64,000 nt of DNA, taken from the sequence record NC_012638.1; one strand, written 5' to 3'. A model generated the notes under the pieces. It made no database searches. It was not told where the DNA came from and saw only the letters and a program-made list of their open reading frames with translations. Positions 8,102-18,048 of the stretch are shown here, in pieces. A program made the translations under genes and the position numbers. This DNA is from Escherichia phage RB14. Each line of letters opens with the position of its first letter. Within the stretch, counting starts at the first letter, position 1.

Positions 8102-9915
8102 TGGTGTTTAACCCTATGCATGATTTCTTTATTTTTACCGAGATTAAATCCGCGTTCGTTCGGATTTCCCAAATAACCACATGTTCTTCTTATTGTATTC
8201 ATCTTTTTAGGATCAGTTTCTCCACAAATAGAACAAACAAATCCGTTTTCAGTAGGAGTCATTTCATGGGTACTTCCACATGTAAAACATTTATCTACTG
8301 GCATATTAACACCAAAATAATCTAAATGTTGTGCGGCATAATCCCATACAGCCTCAAGACCTTTTAAGTTATTTTTCATATCAGGAAGTTCAACATAAGA
8401 AATGTGACCACCTGTCGCAATGAAATGATATGGCGCTTCACGAGAAATCTTTTCAAACGGAGTAACATTTTCTTCTACTGAAACATGGAAACTGTTAGTG
8501 TACCAGCCTTTATCAGTAACATCCTTTACACTTCCATATTTTTCTGTATCAAGTTTACAGAAGCGATAGCAAAGGTTTTCAGCAGGAGTAGAATACAAAC
8601 TAAAAGCAAACCCAGTTCTTTCAGTCCACTGTTTAAGATGAGCATTCATTTTAGTTAAAATTTCTCGTCCAATATCACGACCGACAAGAATATTCAATTC
8701 GTGAATACCAATGTATCCTAAAGACACTGAACTTCTACCGTTTTTAAATAACTCAATTATGTCGTCATCAGGTTTAAGACGAACCCCGAATGCACCTTCT
8801 TGGTAAAGAATAGGAGCAACAGTCGCTTTAACTCCTTTTAAGGAACTAATTCTGCACATCAAAGCTTCAAAACATAAATCCATTCGTTCATTGAACAATT
8901 CGATAAATTTCTGTTCATTGAACTGTGTTCCAATATAAGAATCTAATGCGATACGAGGAAGATTCAGTGTTACAACACCGAGATTATTACGTCCATCAAG
9001 AATTTCATTGCCAGTCGAATCTTTCCATACGCTCAAGAAACTACGACAACCCATTGGAGAAACAGGAATAGATGAGCCGGTGATAGCTTTATTGTTCTTA
9101 GCTGAAATAATATCAGGATACATCCTTTTGCTTGCGCACTCTAGAGCAAGCTGTTTAATATCATAGTTCGGATCGTCTTTATAAAGATTAACACCTTCTT
9201 CAACGAACATAACAAGCTTAGGGAAAATAGGAGTTATCCCATCACGACCAAGACCTTTAATACGATTTTTCAGAATTGCTTTCTGAATCATTCGTTCAGT
9301 CCAGTCAGTTCCCGTACCAAATGTAATTGTTACAAAAGGCGTTTGTCCGTTTGAACTAAAGAGAGTATTTACTTCATATTCATAAGCTTGGAATGCATCG
9401 TATACATCTTTTTCTGTTTTAGATTGAGCATAATTCAACGCATCAGCGATTTGCCATTTTTCTGCATCCTCAATATGTTTTGCATAGGTGCGTTTAACAT
9501 AAGGAGAAAGTACTTTATCTACATTAGCAAAAGTCGTTCCGCCGTATTGATGGGAAGCAACCTGTGCAGTAATTTGTGCCATAATTGCAGTAGCAACACC
9601 GATTGATTTAGGAGTTTCAATCTGTGCATTACCAAGCTTAAATCCGTTCTCAAGCATTCCTTTTAAATCTACTAAACAACAATTAGTAAATGGAAGAGCA
9701 GGGGAATAATCAATATCATGGAAATGAATAATTCCGCTTTCATGCGCTTTCATAATAAAAGACGGGACCATATTTTTGGCAATGTGTTTAGACACAATAC
9801 CAGCCATAAGGTCCCGTTGAGTTGGAAAAACACGAGAATCTTTATTAGCATTCTCGTTTAAAAGGTCTTTATTAGTTTTATGAATCAATCCTTCAATTTC
9901 TTTTTCAATTGTCAT
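8098..9915 (-). CDS. nrdD: Anaerobic ribonucleoside-triphosphate reductase
   Basis: 605 aa, uninterrupted; C-terminal glycyl-radical motif RRTCGYLG; Cys cluster CFTCGS...CSIC. Confidence 0.95.
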   Translation of the reverse strand: MTIEKEIEGLIHKTNKDLLNENANKDSRVFPTQRDLMAGIVSKHIAKNMVPSFIMKAHESGIIHFHDIDYSPALPFTNCCLVDLKGMLENGFKLGNAQIETPKSIGVATAIMAQITAQVASHQYGGTTFANVDKVLSPYVKRTYAKHIEDAEKWQIADALNYAQSKTEKDVYDAFQAYEYEVNTLFSSNGQTPFVTITFGTGTDWTERMIQKAILKNRIKGLGRDGITPIFPKLVMFVEEGVNLYKDDPNYDIKQLALECASKRMYPDIISAKNNKAITGSSIPVSPMGCRSFLSVWKDSTGNEILDGRNNLGVVTLNLPRIALDSYIGTQFNEQKFIELFNERMDLCFEALMCRISSLKGVKATVAPILYQEGAFGVRLKPDDDIIELFKNGRSSVSLGYIGIHELNILVGRDIGREILTKMNAHLKQWTERTGFAFSLYSTPAENLCYRFCKLDTEKYGSVKDVTDKGWYTNSFHVSVEENVTPFEKISREAPYHFIATGGHISYVELPDMKNNLKGLEAVWDYAAQHLDYFGVNMPVDKCFTCGSTHEMTPTENGFVCSICGETDPKKMNTIRRTCGYLGNPNERGFNLGKNKEIMHRVKHQ

Positions 9916-10385
9916 TTTAAACTCTTTCTAAGCTGCTTCTTAAATGAAGCTATTAATTGTGTTTTAGTGTCAGATTCATTATATTCAAATCCTCTTCGAA
10001 GCATCTCAGCCACCATTTCCTCTTTTCCTAAACGAGAAAATTCCTTTGATTTATCTCCAACAAAGTTAGGGTGAATATTATTTTGGGTGTAATCGGATTT
10101 TAAATAAGTAAGTAAATTTTCTAACCATTCAAGATAATCAACACCTTGTCCCTTTAAGCCAGAACGATTAAATTTATGCTTCATTTGACCTTCTGCGGCA
10201 TTGCATAGATTACAAAGCAATCCACGTACCTTTCCTGCTTTTGGTCCATTTAATTCATGGTCATGATCGAGGTGATTAGCTTGAACATCAGGATTTAGTT
10301 CTCGTTGGCAAATTAAGCATTTACCGTTTTGTGCATCATAAAATTTCTGTTTTTCTTCTTTATATAATTTGCCAGTCAATAACAT
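9912..10385 (-). CDS. 49: Endonuclease VII (Holliday junction resolvase)
   Basis: 157 aa; matches T4 gp49 as remembered (MLLTGKLYKEEKQKFYDAQNGKCLICQREL...HLDHDHEL). Confidence 0.92.
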   Translation of the reverse strand: MLLTGKLYKEEKQKFYDAQNGKCLICQRELNPDVQANHLDHDHELNGPKAGKVRGLLCNLCNAAEGQMKHKFNRSGLKGQGVDYLEWLENLLTYLKSDYTQNNIHPNFVGDKSKEFSRLGKEEMVAEMLRRGFEYNESDTKTQLIASFKKQLRKSLK

Positions 10386-10426
10386 AATAAACCCTTACCT
10401 TAAATAGATAAGGGTATTTATTATTT

Positions 10427-10912
10427 TCAAGTATTGTAAAACATTTGATTCAATCGCTTATATTGCCGAATCTTTTGGTCAGAAAAAGAAATTTGGGTTT
10501 CAAGCCATTCAATATATTCTGCCGCAGCTTGCATCAAATTTCCTTCATAGCCATCGTTATTTTCTTGTGCAGCTAATTTAGCTAATGCGTATGAAATACG
10601 TTCACCTTGAAAACCAGCTTTAGGCTTCTGAACAACTTGATTAGTTCTCTCTACAACTTCCTCGATTTCACCATTTTCTACTGATTCAGTATTCCACAAG
10701 CACCAATACGCAGTTGGCTTATCGTAGATATTAATAATCTTTCCATCAGAAAGTTCAATTTCAATAATTCCAGTATCAGGTTCTATATCATCTTCACATT
10801 CTTTTGCAAGTTCACGAACTTTAAAGACAGTACCTGCACTAAGTTCCGGCCAGTAATTACATAGCTCTTTATCAACACGATTAATTCTAAACCACTTATC
10901 TACTGTAATCAT
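10427..10912 (-). CDS. pin: Pin-like protein (protease inhibitor position)
   Basis: 161 aa from ATG at 10912 (track start at 10930 is TTG); position downstream of gene 49 as in T4. Confidence 0.55.
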   Translation of the reverse strand: MITVDKWFRINRVDKELCNYWPELSAGTVFKVRELAKECEDDIEPDTGIIEIELSDGKIINIYDKPTAYWCLWNTESVENGEIEEVVERTNQVVQKPKAGFQGERISYALAKLAAQENNDGYEGNLMQAAAEYIEWLETQISFSDQKIRQYKRLNQMFYNT

Positions 10913-11051
10913 GTCCCATCTCCATATCAATTAAGTCATTTATCGTTGGTTCATTATATACTGTTTCTTCATCAGTGTAAACCGGTTCTTCCGGCTCTGG
11001 CTCTACAGTTTCCCATCTAGCCGCCCACCAAGGTTTTATAGCGTAATCCAT
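10896..11051 (-). CDS. small acidic protein (51 aa)
   Basis: Manually read ORF MDYAIKPWWAARWETVEPEPEE...; overlaps pin start. Confidence 0.3.
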   Translation of the reverse strand: MDYAIKPWWAARWETVEPEPEEPVYTDEETVYNEPTINDLIDMEMGHDYSR

Positions 11052-11356
11052 TCTCGTACTATCTGAGTTACTACACGTTCATGGGGCTCGACTAGTTCAA
11101 CAGTCGGAACTGCATAATACCAGTCAGAATGATAAGAACCTGACCGAGATTCATTTACCGCTACATGTACATTATGTTTTGGACTAAAGTAAACACACTG
11201 ACGATATTGACATTTACCATCTTGCACCCAGTCTTCTATTTCGACAGGTTTAAGATAATCGGAAAAATCGAAATCATAGTTTTCCGAAAATGCATCATGG
11301 TCTTCAATGATTTCGCTCAGAACTGCATCAACATCTAATTTATTTTCAATAGTCAT
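11036..11356 (-). CDS. hypothetical protein (49.x position)
   Basis: ORF track 106 aa. Confidence 0.5.
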   Translation of the reverse strand: MTIENKLDVDAVLSEIIEDHDAFSENYDFDFSDYLKPVEIEDWVQDGKCQYRQCVYFSPKHNVHVAVNESRSGSYHSDWYYAVPTVELVEPHERVVTQIVREWITL

Positions 11357-11363
11357 TTTTCAC

Positions 11364-11537
11364 CAATTAATTTCGCAATTTATTAAGTTCTTCATCATCA
11401 ATCCAGGATTCTAGTCCTGATGGCAGGGCACATTCAATTTCCCAAAGAAGTTCTTCAATTTTCTGAAGACGTTCTAGTTCTTCGGCTGGAATAGTAACCA
11501 TTGACGGAGCTCGTGATACATTAATATCGTAAATCAT
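11364..11537 (-). CDS. small hypothetical protein (57 aa)
   Basis: Manually read ORF MIYDINVSRAPSMVTIPAEELERLQKIEEL... Confidence 0.35.
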
Positions 11538-11539
11538 AT

Positions 11540-11755
11540 TTACCCCAATTTAACCATACAATCGCCGTATTTCCACTTAGAAATAGACTTTTCACCATTA
11601 GAATAATAAACTTCGAGTTTAGCACGATTATTTTTAATTTGAATAACCTTGGCTGTCATCAAAGTTCCACACCCATAATAAACTGCAACTTCATCACCTA
11701 CATATACCGCGCTTCCGCGGTAATCATGAATATAGTCAGTTCCTTCGAGCATCAT
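11540..11755 (-). CDS. hypothetical protein
   Basis: ORF track 71 aa. Confidence 0.5.
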   Translation of the reverse strand: MMLEGTDYIHDYRGSAVYVGDEVAVYYGCGTLMTAKVIQIKNNRAKLEVYYSNGEKSISKWKYGDCMVKLG

Positions 11756-12015
11756 TTAAAATATTCTCGCAGTTGGTCAAATCCACCAATATGACTTCCA
11801 TCAGGAGCAAATACCTGGGGCATTGTCAAGCCGATTTGAGTATCACGACCTAGTTTAGTCAGAAGCTCAGCAATTTTCTCATCATCAAAAACACCTTTTT
11901 CCGGCATAATGTTGATAAATTCAAACGGCTGTTTCTTCACGGTCAAAAGACGTTTTGCATTATCGCAATACACACATTTATGAATGTTGCTATCATAACC
12001 ATATACTTTAAACAT
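11752..12015 (-). CDS. nrdC: Glutaredoxin/thioredoxin NrdC
   Basis: 87 aa; CVYC active site; T4 synteny. Confidence 0.9.
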   Translation of the reverse strand: MFKVYGYDSNIHKCVYCDNAKRLLTVKKQPFEFINIMPEKGVFDDEKIAELLTKLGRDTQIGLTMPQVFAPDGSHIGGFDQLREYFK

Positions 12016-12016
12016 A

Positions 12017-12259
12017 TTATTCCTTAATTCCTAGTACTTGTTTAAAAGTCTCGTCGTAATCAAGACTTTGGCCCGTTTGTTCTTTATGTTTGTATATAAT
12101 ATCACTTACTTCTGATAGCATATTTTTATATGAACGAGTTAAAGCAGATTTAAGCACGCTGTATCTATCAGGAAATTTACCATGTTCATTATAATAAGCT
12201 ATTGCTAATTCACGGACTGCCTTTTCAGCAGCCTCCATATATTCTTTACGCTTGGTCAT
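12017..12259 (-). CDS. hypothetical protein
   Basis: ORF track 80 aa. Confidence 0.5.
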   Translation of the reverse strand: MTKRKEYMEAAEKAVRELAIAYYNEHGKFPDRYSVLKSALTRSYKNMLSEVSDIIYKHKEQTGQSLDYDETFKQVLGIKE

Positions 12260-12261
12260 TT

Positions 12262-12651
12262 TTAATCCAAAATATTATTAGGCATTGGTTGAACACTCAC
12301 AAGTTCTTTAAAGAACTCAGTAGAGTCAGGCAATTTAACCATTTCCGGAGCATGCTTACTGAATTTATGTTTACATTGACGGCATTTATATTCAAGCTCT
12401 GGTTTACGCCAGTTAATCAATTGAACTTGTTCAGTTCCACATTCAGGGCAATTAGGAACGTTTTTAGAAGCCCTTTCACGTCGTTCAACCATAGCCATAA
12501 TAGCATCCCATGCTGGAGGTTTAAAATCTAAATCGTCGCAGCCGTGAATCTTTCCACGCATTTCCATATCATCTTCCTCACCAGCCATAATAATTTTAAT
12601 TAAACTGGAATTACTTGAAGCTGCAATGTCTTCTAATAGACGCTTTTTCAT
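12262..12651 (-). CDS. zinc-ribbon protein
   Basis: 129 aa; CPECG...CRQCKH four-Cys motif. Confidence 0.5.
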   Translation of the reverse strand: MKKRLLEDIAASSNSSLIKIIMAGEEDDMEMRGKIHGCDDLDFKPPAWDAIMAMVERRERASKNVPNCPECGTEQVQLINWRKPELEYKCRQCKHKFSKHAPEMVKLPDSTEFFKELVSVQPMPNNILD

Positions 12652-13577
12652 TTCAATACCTCAATAGCATTACGTAAACCATTTGCTTTTGCATTAAGAG
12701 CTTTTAATAATTTGGTGTGTTCTGCAATTTGGGCTTCAACTTCAATCAAACGAGCATTGAGATATTCGCGTTCTTCACTCAGATTATCAGCCTTTTCTGC
12801 TTTAGGTTCTTTTACAACTTGCTTATATGTATTAGGGTTCTTCAGTTTAATTAGAATGCGTGAACTGTACAGCATTGAACCATTATCTTCGGTTTCGTCA
12901 TACATTTCCACTACGTCCATCATCTCCACCATCGTGCAGAGTTTATAAGACAACGAACGAATAATTTTGTTGTGCTTATTAATTTCTCTAGCTGTCATGG
13001 TGCCGAGATTACGTGAGTAATAATAAGGAACCTGGATATTAATTAATACTGATGAACCACCTGGCTTGTGTGTTACTTCATCAGCAATAACCCAATCCTT
13101 AACATGAACTGTATTTGTACGGTCATCGCCCGCGGTAAATAGTTTACGAGCATGCTTAAAAAGCATATTCACTTGGTCATTGAATTGACAAGCGAATTTA
13201 TCAGCAAATTTAGTTTCGGGAATGGTAGATAACCAATCAGCCAAATGGGTCTTTTTAACATCGTTAACAATAGTAAATTGAACCAAATCGGTTATAGATG
13301 TCGCAGATTTAATGAAGCTCGGCTTCATAAAGTTTTTAATGTTATCACGAGCTACAGTAGAAGATAACATACGAGAACGTTTAAACCATTCAAGCAAATT
13401 GCCTAACGAATGAGAATAAGCGTTTTGAGTATCTTTACAGATATGATTTTCCTGACCAACATATTGAAGGAAATCACGAAGAATATTATTGATTACTGCT
13501 CTGTGCCCGATCTGATAATTACGGTGTTTAGTAATAAGACTATCAAAATAATCAATATAATGTTTACGAGTTTTCAT
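12648..13577 (-). CDS. hypothetical protein with C-terminal coiled coil
   Basis: 309 aa; C-terminal heptad-like segment [42 protein letters not shown]. Confidence 0.55.
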   Translation of the reverse strand: MKTRKHYIDYFDSLITKHRNYQIGHRAVINNILRDFLQYVGQENHICKDTQNAYSHSLGNLLEWFKRSRMLSSTVARDNIKNFMKPSFIKSATSITDLVQFTIVNDVKKTHLADWLSTIPETKFADKFACQFNDQVNMLFKHARKLFTAGDDRTNTVHVKDWVIADEVTHKPGGSSVLINIQVPYYYSRNLGTMTAREINKHNKIIRSLSYKLCTMVEMMDVVEMYDETEDNGSMLYSSRILIKLKNPNTYKQVVKEPKAEKADNLSEEREYLNARLIEVEAQIAEHTKLLKALNAKANGLRNAIEVLK

Positions 13578-13629
13578 GTTCTTCTCACTTGGTTAATGAT
13601 TTATGCTCCGAGCCATCCTTGGCTTTAAA

Positions 13630-14631
13630 TTACTTAATTAACTGTAAAGCTTGTTCCAAACGATCAAGACGATTAACAGATTCTTCCCAAATCTTTTTAG
13701 CCTGCTCATATTCTTTCTGCGCTTTATTAGAAATTTCTAGAACTTCCTTATAAGCTTTTTCTAGTGCAATAACTTCTGGACGAATTTCTACCGGTTCAGG
13801 TGAATCATCAAGATTATCCATTAGTTCCTCAAGGGTAGTTTCTTCTTTAGGAGTATTCACAATTTCATCACATTTTTGTTGATAAATTTCTTTATCAGTA
13901 GGTGAGTACGCGCACTTTACTTCACGAAGACTAATTACAATTTTATATCCTTCCCAACCACCCATATTTTTGAAAGGATATGTATGAATACTTTTTACAG
14001 TTTCCATACAATCCAAAGCCGTCTCTAATTGATGAGTTATAGTGCTAGCAATTGAGAAAAATTTATTAATATTCTTTTGGTTAGCTTCTGGTGTAAAAAA
14101 TTCGTAATTCACAAAAATAGCTACTTTATTTTTATCAAGCTCATATTCTTTTACGATAATCATATCAGAAGCCAAAGGATGAATTTGACGATAATCGCCA
14201 TAACATAATTTAGAAGCTGATTTCAGAATTTGTCCTTTAAAAAGTCTGAAATTACTAATCCAACGACGAGTAAAAATATTCTTAGGGTCTTCTTTGATAT
14301 TAAGATGATAAGAATTAACATCACCGAACCAATTGTATCCTATTACACCTTTAGTTCGTTTAATTTCTTTCCCAAAATTACCAAGAATATCCCGATTAAC
14401 CAAATATGAAAGAAGACGAGACCCTTTAAAGATTATCTTAATATCATCTTTATCTACACGGCTAGAAATTTCACGAACTTCATGAATAAATTTACTGGAA
14501 GAAACAATACTTGCATCAATACTGCTGAGCCATTGATTGATAATAGAAAGAACAGCGTTCTGACTAGACATGGGTTTAACTTTATCATCAATAACGCTAT
14601 TGAATGATTTGATATATTCGTTACGAGTCAT
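13630..14631 (-). CDS. hypothetical protein with C-terminal coiled coil
   Basis: 333 aa from ATG at 14631 (GAGGAG SD, early promoter upstream); track start at 14661 translates promoter DNA. Confidence 0.55.
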   Translation of the reverse strand: MTRNEYIKSFNSVIDDKVKPMSSQNAVLSIINQWLSSIDASIVSSSKFIHEVREISSRVDKDDIKIIFKGSRLLSYLVNRDILGNFGKEIKRTKGVIGYNWFGDVNSYHLNIKEDPKNIFTRRWISNFRLFKGQILKSASKLCYGDYRQIHPLASDMIIVKEYELDKNKVAIFVNYEFFTPEANQKNINKFFSIASTITHQLETALDCMETVKSIHTYPFKNMGGWEGYKIVISLREVKCAYSPTDKEIYQQKCDEIVNTPKEETTLEELMDNLDDSPEPVEIRPEVIALEKAYKEVLEISNKAQKEYEQAKKIWEESVNRLDRLEQALQLIK

Positions 14632-14659
14632 ATTAATCTCCTCAGTAGAAAGTAAAAAC

Positions 14660-14689
14660 ATTATACCACATCCTTGTGGTAAAGTAAAC
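14660..14689 (-). promoter_or_regulatory. Early promoter
   Basis: Minus strand GTTTAC-N18-TATAAT upstream of ORF 13630..14631. Confidence 0.6.
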
Positions 14690-15708
14690 TAGTTCAGTGC
14701 ATTTAATGCATTGTTCAGTTTAGAACGTTGCTTCGTGAGATTTTTGACTTTTTCTTGTGCTTTTTCTAGCATCTTTTCAGCTTCTAACACTTCATTGGTC
14801 GCTTTAACGAGTTCATCATCTACTGCCTTAAGAGACTTCTCAATCGCATCCGCGTGCCATTTTTCAACAGGTTTAAGACTCGGATTTTCAATAGGAAGAA
14901 AATTCACTTTATTAAATTTCCATGCATCTTTATTACCTGAGCTATACATCCAAAATTTAGGATCGTTTGATGAGCAATTAGATAAATTTAAGTTATCTTG
15001 CACTTCCTGCTTTTTCTCTTGCGGGACTTCATCCTTTCTCAAAAAATCGTATTTAAATGAAACGATCATATCAAGTTCATACGTTGTTGTATGTTCCCAA
15101 TTTCGCTCAAAATGAGGTAAAATCTTAGACTGAACAGCAGAAACAACATCCATATACTTAAATGCTTCTGTCAGCTGTGATTTAAGACATTCACAAATTG
15201 AAAGAGAATTTTTAGTACTAGGTTTAAAGCTAATTCGTGCAGTTCTATTATTTTCTTTTAATGGTCTTACTTCCATCTGAAGAGTATAACCATCAAATTT
15301 CAGATTCTTTAAGTTAATATCAGAGCCCTTTAATCGACTAGCAGTAGACAAAATTTGCTTTAATTGTTTACGAAATAGAGCAATAAATCTCCATTCAATA
15401 CGATAATGATTTGGATTAAAAAATCCTGTTGATAAATCAACCTTACTCTGACCAACGCCTTGAACAAATAGAGGATTTTTATAATCAATAGTTTTACAGA
15501 AATCGGTGAGCTGCTCACGAGCAGTCATTTGAGTAATATACCCTGCTTCATTAAAATGACGTAACCATTCACTGCTATTCATATACTTAAAGTGAATATC
15601 ACGATTAACTTTATCAGGGTCTAAATTATTTTGGCACAAAAATGTCATAACATTACGGGTATAGCTGGCATTACGAACCATATCTTCAATTTGAGAACGA
15701 GTTTTCAT
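14689..15708 (-). CDS. hypothetical protein with C-terminal coiled coil
   Basis: 339 aa; C-terminal EAEKMLEKAQEKVKNLTKQRSKLNNALNALN. Confidence 0.55.
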   Translation of the reverse strand: MKTRSQIEDMVRNASYTRNVMTFLCQNNLDPDKVNRDIHFKYMNSSEWLRHFNEAGYITQMTAREQLTDFCKTIDYKNPLFVQGVGQSKVDLSTGFFNPNHYRIEWRFIALFRKQLKQILSTASRLKGSDINLKNLKFDGYTLQMEVRPLKENNRTARISFKPSTKNSLSICECLKSQLTEAFKYMDVVSAVQSKILPHFERNWEHTTTYELDMIVSFKYDFLRKDEVPQEKKQEVQDNLNLSNCSSNDPKFWMYSSGNKDAWKFNKVNFLPIENPSLKPVEKWHADAIEKSLKAVDDELVKATNEVLEAEKMLEKAQEKVKNLTKQRSKLNNALNALN

Positions 15709-15716
15709 GGTGTTCC

Positions 15717-16619
15717 TTAAGATTTAAGTAAATCAACAATTTTAATTAATTTTTCACGCTCAGATTTAGCTTTACTACTCAATCCAGATAGTCTGAAAAT
15801 TTCATCGTCATACTGTTGAATAGAAATATTCAGCTCTTCAATTTGCTTATTAAAATAATCAATTTGCTCAGAATGTTTTTCGTTACTACGAACTGGTACA
15901 GGGTTTGTAGGCAATTTAGTTGAACTGGATTCATCCGGGCGATAAATTAAAATACAACTTGAACCAATAGGGCATTTTGCACCAGATGAATATTCTAATG
16001 TTCCGGCTTCTTTTAAAACTTCAAAAGCTAAACAGAGATGATGCCCCATATTAACATAATCAGTAGAGCGAGCTCTGATGTAATAATCATCTCCACGAGT
16101 ACTAAATTTAAAGCATTTAAGGTCTTCTGTATTATTGGTCTTAAAAATCATTTGTTTATCTAGACCTTTAGCTAATCGAGCGCCTAATGCTAATAATCGT
16201 CGTTGATTTTCCCACAAATCTGCGATCATTTGGTCAAATGATAATTTCGGCATTAGTCGACCATAAAGGTCGTATCCTTTATTATAATTGCGAAGGATTT
16301 CACTCGCATTAATACGAGACAACGCTCCAATTTTATTAAGGGCTTTCATGATGCGATTAGATAAACCCATTCCAGACCCGTTTGTTCGTTGTAAATGTTT
16401 ATCTAATCCAAACCCAATATCAACTTTAAATTTATCTAAAATTTCAGCATGAACATCTCTGTCAATAACATTCAAATCCAAAGTTGGGTTAAATCTATGA
16501 AAAAATTTATCTGGCTCTCCACGACGAAGTACAGTCCATTCATTCAATTTTTTATTAACTAAAGATTTAATTACTGCATTGACATTATTAATTACTACTG
16601 ACATATTTTCCTCACTCAA
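15717..16619 (-). CDS. hypothetical protein with C-terminal coiled coil
   Basis: 300 aa; C-terminal QIEELNISIQQYDDEIFRL...KLIKIVDLLKS. Confidence 0.55.
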   Translation of the reverse strand: MSEENMSVVINNVNAVIKSLVNKKLNEWTVLRRGEPDKFFHRFNPTLDLNVIDRDVHAEILDKFKVDIGFGLDKHLQRTNGSGMGLSNRIMKALNKIGALSRINASEILRNYNKGYDLYGRLMPKLSFDQMIADLWENQRRLLALGARLAKGLDKQMIFKTNNTEDLKCFKFSTRGDDYYIRARSTDYVNMGHHLCLAFEVLKEAGTLEYSSGAKCPIGSSCILIYRPDESSSTKLPTNPVPVRSNEKHSEQIDYFNKQIEELNISIQQYDDEIFRLSGLSSKAKSEREKLIKIVDLLKS

Positions 16620-17020
16620 TTTTCAATTTTACTAAATACGCAGAATATGATGGAAAAGACTATATAAGCACCGCATACAGATTGAACTAATACCATTCCA
16701 AAGAACCAAACAATATTATCAAACCATGTCTGTTTTACGTCGAAAGGACGTAAACTTACAGTAATATTATCGCCTTTTTCTATTGATGAATACATCTCTG
16801 GTGAAATATATTCGCTAAATCTATAACCGTCTTTAAGTTCATATACAGCAATAAACGATAAACTAGACCCCTTTCCTTGAGTTCCTGTAAAGGTATTAAC
16901 TACAGTAACATCATAATCTTTATAATGCATATAATCATTAATTGCGTAATAACCATATGCAATTACTATACATAAACAACATATCAATAAATTCAATCTT
17001 TTAATTATCAACTGTTTCAT
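16616..17020 (-). CDS. membrane protein
   Basis: 134 aa; hydrophobic segments near both termini. Confidence 0.5.
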   Translation of the reverse strand: MKQLIIKRLNLLICCLCIVIAYGYYAINDYMHYKDYDVTVVNTFTGTQGKGSSLSFIAVYELKDGYRFSEYISPEMYSSIEKGDNITVSLRPFDVKQTWFDNIVWFFGMVLVQSVCGAYIVFSIIFCVFSKIEN

Positions 17021-17049
17021 AATAATCTCAATTAAAAGGGCTTAGAACC

Positions 17050-17074
17050 ATTATACCATCCTTGGTATAAAGCG
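17050..17074 (-). promoter_or_regulatory. Middle (MotA-box-like) promoter
   Basis: Minus strand CGCTTTA-N12-TATAAT upstream of ORF 16616..17020. Confidence 0.4.
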
Positions 17075-17075
17075 G

Positions 17076-17603
17076 TTATGCGAGTACCGTCTTTAACCGT
17101 TCTTCAAACTTCCGAAGAGTATTTTGGCGTTCAGCTCTTTGCTTTTTGTAAGTTTCAATACGCTCTGAAATGAGAGTGTATCGTTCATTTACTGATTCTT
17201 TCATAAAATCAGGAATTTCACGAGAAGCTTTAATCTCGTCAAATTTATCAATAACAGCTTGCTCTTCAGCAATTAAGTTATCATACATCAAAATATCTTT
17301 CTTGATGAACTCAATATCTTCTTGAGTTACACGAGATAATTTAGATGCTTTATCCTTTTTGTACTGTTCGTTAGTATCACGAGACCAGTGTAATGTACGA
17401 TTTTTATTCGTATTCTTGTAAATTTCTACAATACCAATCTCATCGATAATAACGATCCAATTCCAACGGGATTTGTAAATTTGTCCTCCATCAACAGTGA
17501 TTTCACCTCCGATTGAGATGTCATTAAAGAACTTGCTTTGTGCTTCAGATTTAAATTTACCATCGTTGTAATTTACCAGGTTGAAAATATCTTTAGCGTT
17601 CAT
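17076..17603 (-). CDS. hypothetical protein
   Basis: 175 aa from ATG at 17603 (MNAKDIF...); track N-terminal 20 aa translate the promoter/leader. Confidence 0.55.
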   Translation of the reverse strand: MNAKDIFNLVNYNDGKFKSEAQSKFFNDISIGGEITVDGGQIYKSRWNWIVIIDEIGIVEIYKNTNKNRTLHWSRDTNEQYKKDKASKLSRVTQEDIEFIKKDILMYDNLIAEEQAVIDKFDEIKASREIPDFMKESVNERYTLISERIETYKKQRAERQNTLRKFEERLKTVLA

Positions 17604-17632
17604 TTTGTGTTCCTCCGTAGTTGATAGTTGTA

Positions 17633-17661
17633 TAGTACCACAGAGGAACGGTCTTGTAAAC
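17633..17661 (-). promoter_or_regulatory. Early promoter
   Basis: Minus strand TTTACA-N17-TACTAT; leader ACAACTATCAACTACGGAGG. Confidence 0.6.
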
Positions 17662-17663
17662 AA

Positions 17664-17978
17664 CTAAAAGAAACTTCTTTCACAATTTTTTCCACTGAAC
17701 CACGCGCTCACTGCTTTCTTAGTCTCAGGAGCAGTGTTATCCATAAACCATTCAAAGGCAGCCTTTTTATGATTCTGGAGGGCTTCTCGGGCTTTAATCT
17801 GCTCACGGTCTATTAACACTAACATATGAGCCTTTCTTGTCACCAGGGGCTTCTTATGATTTTTTGAATATTCCCAATCATTTGTCCATCGCATTGTCGT
17901 TGCGAACTGATGAACCGCGTCTTTAATTTTAGTTTCATAAATTTCACGAGCCTTTGAGTATAACATCATTACCTCCAT
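17664..17978 (-). CDS. hypothetical protein
   Basis: ORF track 104 aa. Confidence 0.5.
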   Translation of the reverse strand: MEVMMLYSKAREIYETKIKDAVHQFATTMRWTNDWEYSKNHKKPLVTRKAHMLVLIDREQIKAREALQNHKKAAFEWFMDNTAPETKKAVSAWFSGKNCERSFF

Positions 17979-18048
17979 TTACCAGTTTAATTCTAGTCAT
18001 CTTTTTAATGGCAGTCCATATAATCTATTTCTGAACTGCCTTTTTGTC

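Noticed and set aside
8101-9606. Plus-strand ORFs (8101..8325, 9388..9606) inside nrdD
   Set aside because: Antisense to a highly confident, motif-bearing nrdD reading frame
8098-9915. Possible group I intron or intron-encoded endonuclease in nrdD, as in T4
   Set aside because: The nrdD frame is uninterrupted at 605 aa with no insertion; no intron is present in this phage
17604-17663. N-terminal extension MFTRPFLCGTIQLSTTEEHK of ORF 17076..17663 (and the analogous extension of ORF 37719..37964)
   Set aside because: Translates the -35/-10 promoter and leader; the real start is the ATG after the GGAGG Shine-Dalgarno
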